Shown: positions 59,001-64,000 of the stretch, one piece after another
Layout of the letters: the number at the start of each line of letters is the position of its first letter
Position numbering within the stretch: the first letter of the stretch is position 1
From: Caldisericia bacterium
Lineage (GTDB): Bacteria; Caldisericota; Caldisericia; JAAYUI01
Length of the DNA stretch: 64,000 nucleotides
Reading direction: 5' to 3'
Assembly: GCA_963674785.1 (NCBI GenBank)
Contig: OY771555.1
Coordinates: forward strand, 1,632,001-1,696,000
Translations under genes and position numbers: made by a program
The notes under the pieces: model-generated
Databases searched by the model: none
What the model was told of the DNA's origin: nothing
Seen by the model: only the letters and a program-made list of their open reading frames with translations

Positions 59001-61238
59001 TGAATATCTGTCGATTTTCATATCGCTCATTCGGATATCGCCATAGTCAACAACAAGATTGGCATTTAGGTCATTATAGATGTTTTCGTCTGGATTATAG
59101 ACTCCATCAGGCTTATCGTCACCATGATTTATGTCGTAGAAACAAAGTGTCGCAGGAAGATTTGAAAGTGCAACCCCAACATCAGAGTCTCCGGATGCGA
59201 CGATGCTTCCTGCTTCATACGTGACCTCAAATCCATTTCTGATTGTGGTCATTCTGAAGTGTCTCATGTCACCAGGCTCAACGGTGTTTGCACCTGCTGC
59301 ATACTGTTTGCTATAGATTTTTTCAGCACAACCGTAACCTGTGCCACCATCATCAAGAAATCTGTACCTTATATCAAAAGCAACCAAACCCTCTGGATTT
59401 GTTGCGGACTGTGCAGATATGCCTGCATCAGGACAAGCCAGTTGATATTTGGCACCAATAAATGATTCCGATTGTCTTGCTGCCCAGTAGTCAGTATCTC
59501 CATTTAAAGCATTTGTCTCAGTGCCGACTCCGAAACTATTATCAACACCATTATCGTTCCAAACTGAGATTCCGTAGAAGGATCTGAAATCAGCTTTTAC
59601 ATCAAAGAATATAGTCATCGGAAGATTGTTTTCCAATGCATTTTCACCAAGATATGATGACTTGTTTATTGACTGTGTTCCCTTAAGTGCTTCCCCGTAT
59701 GGATTAAAAAGAGCAGTTTTTGCTGATGATGGCATATTTCCCATCCAAACATCAGATTCAACCATGTAGTTGTACTCTGGCGCAAGTGGACCAGACTTGA
59801 TTGTTTCAACAAGAAGGAGTAAGTCTCCTTCAACACATCCGCCAATACTGCATATGCCGTCAGCATTTACATTCTCCGGTCTATGAGAATTTGTATTTAC
59901 ATCGGTTAAGGCGTAGTCATTGATCGTGACGTTTCCCGAATCATCACCTTTTCTATAGATAAACTCGTCAATGTCATAAATCAAGTTTGAGTCTACATTT
60001 TCAGTATGACGTTCATCACCTGTGACAGGTGATCCAGTTCCACCAGCATTCACAAACTGAATCAAATCAGCAGCAACATCAAGATCATCACCTGGGTCTT
60101 GCATTCCGTAAGGAGGAGCATCAACAACAACAGATCCCGCTTTGTATGTTCGTGTTGTTCCGTTCGCAGTACTGATTATCACATCGGTCAATCTTATGTC
60201 TCCATTACTTACAACTGGAGCGGTGAACAATGGATCAACTCTTCTATAAATCCATTCAGCTGGCGTATATCTTCCATCAATATTTATATTTTCTGCGTGC
60301 CATTCTTCATCTGCAGTGAAATCAGCATCAGCGTTATCGACAAATGACTGAAGATTAAGATCAATGTCCCATCTCTCAATGATCCCTGAATCGACGGCTC
60401 TAGGCTTTAATGTTGTTCCGATTGTTGAAATAATTGGATAATCGATACTTGGAGAGCGATCTTGAATGAGAGGGAAATCTGGCATATCAGACCAACCAAG
60501 CTGGAAGAGTCTTGTTTTTGTTGGTGGTTCTGTATTTAAAGGGGTTGGCGTGAAACCATCATAATCTTTTTTATCGTATCTAAAATAGATTGGCTCATCT
60601 TCAAGGTAACCAGGCTGGACATCTCCATTTGCCTTGGTTGGGAAAAGATAATATGGTCCCTGAGTATTGTTGGCACTCATGGGGTCAACATAACAATTCT
60701 TGTTATAAAAAATGTTGTCGTTTGAAGATGGAATTGGATTATTTCTATAAAGTGGATCGTTCGGATCTGCATAACCATAATGTCTGCAGTCATTGAATCT
60801 TCCATCTGGATCAAACCATATCTGACCAGCATTGTCAACCACTGCGAACATCTTCTCAGATAAGGCTTTTGGTGTTTCATAATCATACTCGGAGTTCAAA
60901 TAAAAAATACAATAATAAAGAGGAAGAACTGAGTTATTATCATCTGCGGGAATATTATAAAGATTTGTGTCCACTGCAAACTCAGCATCTGGCATCTGGT
61001 ATTCTTCTCGACCCCAGCTTGTTTGAGCAGAATCTGAGTTGAATCCAAAATCTGGTGCGACGACCAGATCATTACCACTCCAGCTCATACCAACGGGAGT
61101 CCATCTGACGGCAACAAAACACGCAATTTCATTACCAAAGGTATTTGCAGATGTTCCTGGTACAAAGCCAACCATCTGCAATAACAACAAAACCCCCAAA
61201 AAAACAGCGACAAATTTAAATTTTCTCATATTTCTCAT
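53079..61238 (-). CDS. Giant (~2700 aa) secreted hypothetical surface protein with Asp-rich repeats, C-terminal Ig-like domains and a degenerate stalk domain
   Basis: Signal peptide MR(NMR)KFKFVAVFLGVLLLL...SA; C-terminal ISGETTPGADLRING / LKGRVEPN Ig-like repeats and PTIENGMLFI. Start is 61238 or 61229. Confidence 0.8.
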   Translation of the reverse strand: MRNMRKFKFVAVFLGVLLLLQMVGFVPGTSANTFGNEIACFVAVRWTPVGMSWSGNDLVVAPDFGFNSDSAQTSWGREEYQMPDAEFAVDTNLYNIPADDNNSVLPLYYCIFYLNSEYDYETPKALSEKMFAVVDNAGQIWFDPDGRFNDCRHYGYADPNDPLYRNNPIPSSNDNIFYNKNCYVDPMSANNTQGPYYLFPTKANGDVQPGYLEDEPIYFRYDKKDYDGFTPTPLNTEPPTKTRLFQLGWSDMPDFPLIQDRSPSIDYPIISTIGTTLKPRAVDSGIIERWDIDLNLQSFVDNADADFTADEEWHAENINIDGRYTPAEWIYRRVDPLFTAPVVSNGDIRLTDVIISTANGTTRTYKAGSVVVDAPPYGMQDPGDDLDVAADLIQFVNAGGTGSPVTGDERHTENVDSNLIYDIDEFIYRKGDDSGNVTINDYALTDVNTNSHRPENVNADGICSIGGCVEGDLLLLVETIKSGPLAPEYNYMVESDVWMGNMPSSAKTALFNPYGEALKGTQSINKSSYLGENALENNLPMTIFFDVKADFRSFYGISVWNDNGVDNSFGVGTETNALNGDTDYWAARQSESFIGAKYQLACPDAGISAQSATNPEGLVAFDIRYRFLDDGGTGYGCAEKIYSKQYAAGANTVEPGDMRHFRMTTIRNGFEVTYEAGSIVASGDSDVGVALSNLPATLCFYDINHGDDKPDGVYNPDENIYNDLNANLVVDYGDIRMSDMKIDRYSYQCGDVVDEIGIWVHDYEVHGLSMGKCGDPTAIDIPALPGDLGVTVKTDRYLRVEQTSHMTVKTGATLHGDDKIHIIVKNLVCEGTVPYEQYLTIGEGQTTVEFEMTPYRGSLNVDGTYDPVVVTAYGDFGGIEGRPTPEDGAYQDRFYLTKYIQTSNIQNPGQFVTRVPDPWPQPTLGLSIADEYDSWDECYLEVSCERLDMASTRKCLDQLEERYPNLSIECYNGDNVSDVNDPCCIPFALGRDEHTLVLYNANGCGIKWMATAVGGSGQRYIIQYNQNRTYAFWYWNDVGTIPGALDSFDYVGNNPGFMPPAFIGTQMPVEVSSHAQLVDNDDSASRTRPTLNDDNFIRWGVVTKGDHLGIFDGKTVDPLTGDTFGEIETWGVWTYITSWGTFSETDVGGWALGLVKPLQGGDISTRFTSFDIMWDYNSKRDYHPANYIYESHKAMDYSGIIKIKVPEMDGLLNFSEFQIVDRGLEFSIQDYTNGDPDYTTNPLPFPSPQIQRPYNPILRNLQDDFRVYPGGQTHFGRAHRRPGNSQSRAMMHGFCSYPAIWSEWGQRYNKSSDKVGVDPERDKEKHTVNFNKLGIEFLPLTDYGLYFVLKDANGNHMTFDPGTISNPTPQKYHIKQIKVTGPFKTPEIKDLAGGRLTTGFEYNGRHNRPLSYDYSGAVIVDNSNWEWYEYDGKDFVGEIGFGDNTIEFDPQDWNEFLIWNHRLNYTGISNVIKIDELIPISSGMIQIEVTMFDGTVKVFQDCCDEYTPFGIKVHGLTITGLPETIPVGQDHHFDVQITEEHPMQVEMACNNAFVLVWQDRGVAFSIDGLDEPLHIGQGDTNMFFPPWPLRNAHYTGAAMYPDFFDFNENGKISFSEWETEIIGTYDLASNTWIGGMVDGRTQNYNDGMYHLDLVEEAGCQITDIGIDIGGFRPRRGGGRMTTGSDHIVSEVEHAPVYVNAYKYGDDNSDRSFAPYAKMEFFEVAYTHEVYMSGEARANIVPNDTLNIEISPQPLTAGVVNELVSPTEPLTVKVTDSFGDPVNLLEGVPDVLGDREVEEDQALEHLFKDWHPDQEAFYGKGARLPQYYWVRTDLHNLSLDLHQNVYLFSDWEDQAFQPIDVDFSGAKEGIYKITGFCANDAGEFDLTVYTPDRRNIGTTKVKFALPDVEYSVVNIQDPEQKVFMSPAEPDFLLTAGSNRIYNITATCRNSQGALIAQQPEGMSVCNEYINYPAHFMPFINVPANQKPRQWFPCNECEINYGVHVGFDTNEDGVIQSGNDEIFLFGGAKTKREYFTWNDETLSADVVRQGTTVYYTTTNEHYSDNTFSRKPLIMVDTDMDTTTKGWGLGAIYNHPYEGTYLFADRHKDGLINFHDYLPLDELGSCSFTIFAEDVCLIGGLVGCNPYSASTKFGDVAGAPLPYYTDPGFIGTRYKYFTTGYALAGSDMGSRDGTFFLDWDAMSGNLLKVAAPKITLKSARTGKPLSSELFDPASFDLAYGVDNPLLIELHPADDRDLPMEQGSSIIASGANHNELSQGGFVMLDNNIHPVTYMTLTPTGHGEEVIYLGYKCPNTWLNAEPYNLTLADSPQYYSIYPISSFDSSPGLQIKLVEPETITESVENTVKLKIVDISTGALVENARVRIQGGEIDLDGTTNVTGDIEFTFVPEKDTKLIVTATAGGYVSGDLSLRPGPQTTPPHLIIDEVRTITNSYTTKISGETTPGADLRINGTKVTVSSTGRFETSVTLVDGINTINIISTVGNLPPTSKVVTISVDAIPPEILLPKLPELIGKQTFTLKGRVEPNCVVTANGQPAKVVYDMFSVDVQLIPGKNEIKFNVIDAAGNITEKTMIIPVYKRIWGKLIVGEASIVDSEGLPIGQLRNPVTSVNKLPISIFESLFGAEYKVIESLGICEVNLFGNKYVFENGSRDGLVSGESITLPSTPTIENGMLFISPEIVEQVFDCEITTNAVTGEITIARIWMP

Positions 61239-61290
61239 ATTTCCGTCCAATACTCTATATACCATAATAAAACAGTCAAGTGAGCAAAGC

Positions 61291-61746
61291 TCACCTGGTC
61301 GCACCTGATAGAATTCTATTAACTTCTTTCAGATGTTTAATCACCTCTTGTGTATTTTTTTCATCCAAATGCTTAACGGATTCAAAGATAGTATCCATCA
61401 TGATATTTTCTCGATATTTTGCCTTTTCGATACCCTTTTCTGTTAAATAAATAATCTTTTTTCTTCTATCTGTTTTTTCGCTCTTTATTACTACGAAATC
61501 ATTTTCGGATAAAAACTCAACAATTGCTGTCATTGTACTCTTCCGAACATCCATAAGTTTTCCAAGCTCAGAGGGAGTCATCGGTCCCTTGTGATTTAGA
61601 ATAAAGAGTGTCCTTACAATATTCTTCTTCTCTCGGTCATTTTGATCTCGACCAAGTTTCCTAAAACCCTTACCCAGATGGTGATTCAGATTGAGTTTCA
61701 TATTGATCAACTCATCATGGAGCAGTTTTAAATTCTTTCTATCCAA
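61291..61746 (-). CDS. MarR family transcriptional regulator
   Basis: GPMTPSELGKLMDVRKSTMTAIVEFL...DRRKKIIYLTEKG; GGAG SD with TTG start. Confidence 0.9.
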   Translation of the reverse strand: MDRKNLKLLHDELINMKLNLNHHLGKGFRKLGRDQNDREKKNIVRTLFILNHKGPMTPSELGKLMDVRKSTMTAIVEFLSENDFVVIKSEKTDRRKKIIYLTEKGIEKAKYRENIMMDTIFESVKHLDEKNTQEVIKHLKEVNRILSGATR

Positions 61747-61778
61747 GTCTTTTCTCCATAATCACAAAGAATGGTTTG

Positions 61779-61807
61779 ATTATGAACTAATACTACAACT
61801 ATGTCAA
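61779..61807 (-). promoter_or_regulatory. Probable promoter of the MarR gene
   Basis: Minus strand TTGACA, 17 bp, CATAAT. Confidence 0.6.
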
Positions 61808-61833
61808 GAGAAAATATCATTCAAACCTCATCC

Positions 61834-61861
61834 TTGCAAAAGAAAATGAAAATATTAGAAT
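61834..61861 (+). promoter_or_regulatory. Promoter of the C25 peptidase gene (possibly leaderless)
   Basis: TTGCAA, 16 bp, TAGAAT, ending 6 bp before ATG 61868; no SD. Confidence 0.6.
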
Positions 61862-61867
61862 TAGCAC

Positions 61868-64000
61868 ATGAGGACATCCAGAATTGTAATTATTTTGATA
61901 ATGTTTGCTTTCTTTCTCTCCCCAGGTTTTGGGTTTGTGTTTGCATCTGATCAAGCAGATGGATACTTGATTATTTCAAATGTTTCCAAAACTTCACTAG
62001 ATCCTTTGATTAAGTATAGAGAATCGAAAGGTTTGAATGTTTATTATGTTCAAGCAAACGATATAGATGATAAAATATCCCCACAAAAAATCAGAGATTT
62101 CTTACTTGAGAAGAAAGATGAATGGAATCTAAAATTCTTGCTTATCGCAGGAACTCATGAAAAGATTCCGATGCTTGTTACCAGCCCAGACCCTGGTAGC
62201 ACCTCACATTCAATGGTCACAAATACTCCTACTGATTACTATTATGCAACTCCATCCGCAAACTGGGATAAGGACGGTGATGGAGTGTTTGGTGAACTAA
62301 AAGATGACGGAATTGCATCATTCGAACCTGAGATTTTTGTTGGTAGGATCCCCTTTGATACCGATGAAGATGTTTTGAAGATATCACATTACATCTCAAA
62401 ATTTGATTCAAGTTCAGATGCTGAAAAGGCAAAATGTTTGTTTCCTGGAGGAATGCTAAGTTACAAAGGTCAACTGTGGGAAGGTGGACCAATGGAGCGT
62501 GGAGATGGTGGGTACTTCTCAGAGCTCGTTTACACTGACCATCTTAAAGATAGCTTTTCAAGGTATCGAATGTATGAATCCGAAGGATTTTTGAAATCTC
62601 CATTCATCTGTGAAGATGATCTTACAAACACAAATCTGAAAAGACATTTTTCAAAAAAATATGGTCTTGTTTGTTGGACAGGTCACGGAAGCCCAGACAG
62701 AGTCGTCAGAACTGTTTGGAATACAAGAGCTGGTGGGAAAACAATACCTGGGAAAGATGAGGTTGAAGAACCAAAACTTCTTCACGCAAGTGAGTTAAAA
62801 CGAACTGACATAAACTGGGGTGTTGTCGTAGCTGCATCCTGTAGCACGAGCAATCCTCGCATGAGATACAATCTCGGGGCTTCAACCCTTAGGTCAGGCT
62901 GTATCTCTTATGTTGGGTCAACTGGTGTTGCATGGGGACCGTCATATTGGAGAAAACCTGAGGATGGTGGTATGGACACAATCCTTTATCTCTTTTTGGA
63001 AAACCTAAAGATTCCAGGTACCACCACCGGTGAGGCACTTGATAATGCACTTTATGACTTTTCCAGATTATATTTCTGGGGTGATACTGAAGATCCACCT
63101 GAGGCCTCACAGATGAATATTTTTAATTTCAATCTCTATGGTGATCCTGCTGCAACTTTAGTTAGTGGAGACGATTCTCCTCGAGTTGTTGTGACAGAAC
63201 CCAGTATTTTTGTTGAAGAAGGTGGCAAGGCTGTTTGGAAAGGGCAAGTTTTGGGCAGTATTGAAGAAATCCAAAAACCGTCTGTTATCCCTGCAATTGA
63301 AGATGTTTCCTGGGCAACCCCAAAGCTGGAACTAGATTCTACGGATAACTCATGGAGAATTGAAGCCAATTTGCCAGATGATGTCAATATTGGTAAACGA
63401 GAGTGGTTTCTTAGCTATAATGTTGATGGCGAAAAGATTATCATCAATCTTGTTTTGAATGTGACAAAAAAGGAGGAAGGTTTCTTTTCATATGAAGTAC
63501 TTCCAAGAAATGTCGCACCTTTCAGATCATTCAGTCTAAATCTGAAATCAGAATCAGATTTCAATACAACTAACTTTATGGTTAAGTTTAACCCATATGT
63601 ACTGGAATTACTCGAGATTAAACATGATGGCGTAAAGGGTAATGGTGGGTGGTCATACATTGATAACCATTTTGGAATGGCTGTTTTTTCATCCGGGGTG
63701 AAAGGTAATGATGTTTTTTGCACATTGAGTTTTTTACCAAAAGGTGAGTTTGAATCTGATGATGTTTCATTCATTGATTTGGCAGTAAGAGATAGCGAAA
63801 GTAAAAAGGTTTTATGTCTTCCAAGGAAAGTAAAGATTGTTGCAGACCAGGAAGAGATATGCAGATCAAAAGCTGATTTTAACAAATCTGGATACGTCGA
63901 TTACTCAGATATAACAATGCTGGTTTTGATGTTTGGATGTACTGAGGGTCAAAGCTCATGGAATCCAGATTTTGATCTACATAAAGATGGTGTCATCAAT
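61868..64000 (+). CDS. Secreted C25 (gingipain-like) cysteine peptidase with cohesin-like and dockerin domains; runs off the window end and is absent from the ORF track
   Basis: Translated by hand: signal peptide MRTSRIVIILIMFAFF; FLLIAG..IP, TDYYYA..NWDKDGDGVFGE, FVGRIP, catalytic WTGHG and AASC, NLYGDP; ends ADFNKSGYVDYSD...NPDFDLHKDGVIN (dockerin). Confidence 0.88.
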   Translation, partial: MRTSRIVIILIMFAFFLSPGFGFVFASDQADGYLIISNVSKTSLDPLIKYRESKGLNVYYVQANDIDDKISPQKIRDFLLEKKDEWNLKFLLIAGTHEKIPMLVTSPDPGSTSHSMVTNTPTDYYYATPSANWDKDGDGVFGELKDDGIASFEPEIFVGRIPFDTDEDVLKISHYISKFDSSSDAEKAKCLFPGGMLSYKGQLWEGGPMERGDGGYFSELVYTDHLKDSFSRYRMYESEGFLKSPFICEDDLTNTNLKRHFSKKYGLVCWTGHGSPDRVVRTVWNTRAGGKTIPGKDEVEEPKLLHASELKRTDINWGVVVAASCSTSNPRMRYNLGASTLRSGCISYVGSTGVAWGPSYWRKPEDGGMDTILYLFLENLKIPGTTTGEALDNALYDFSRLYFWGDTEDPPEASQMNIFNFNLYGDPAATLVSGDDSPRVVVTEPSIFVEEGGKAVWKGQVLGSIEEIQKPSVIPAIEDVSWATPKLELDSTDNSWRIEANLPDDVNIGKREWFLSYNVDGEKIIINLVLNVTKKEEGFFSYEVLPRNVAPFRSFSLNLKSESDFNTTNFMVKFNPYVLELLEIKHDGVKGNGGWSYIDNHFGMAVFSSGVKGNDVFCTLSFLPKGEFESDDVSFIDLAVRDSESKKVLCLPRKVKIVADQEEICRSKADFNKSGYVDYSDITMLVLMFGCTEGQSSWNPDFDLHKDGVIN

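Noticed and set aside
61772-61789. Possible MarR operator TGGTT-N8-AACTA
   Set aside because: Symmetry is too weak in AT-rich DNA to support a call.

Overview
64 kb of low-GC bacterial chromosome. The many secreted NHL/PQQ beta-propeller, cohesin/dockerin and copper-amine-oxidase-N ('stalk') proteins suggest Caldisericota, but this is inference and was not verified. Housekeeping genes (glmS-like 3' end, transketolase C-subunit, comEA/comEC, rnc-plsX-rpmF, rpsT, holA, asnS, secG, three tRNAs, yitT, rpoB/rpoC) are interleaved with very large cell-surface genes. Main observations: (1) a cellulosome-like cohesin/dockerin toolkit carrying proteases (two S8, one C25) plus cohesin+stalk scaffold candidates; (2) an EF-G2-type factor lacking the catalytic His, inserted between rpoB and rpoC; (3) a rare tRNA-Leu with an AAG anticodon; (4) a SRAP/HMCES homolog with Pro instead of catalytic Cys2; (5) a double 5'-nucleotidase/SLH protein with both metal sites degenerate; (6) natural R529K+R687H changes in the RpoB rifampicin pocket; (7) a 485-bp identical 3' end shared by two diverged paralogs; (8) a recurring 16-bp promoter spacer. 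No CRISPR array, integrase, transposase or rRNA was seen. All calls come from reading motifs by eye; no database searches were run.
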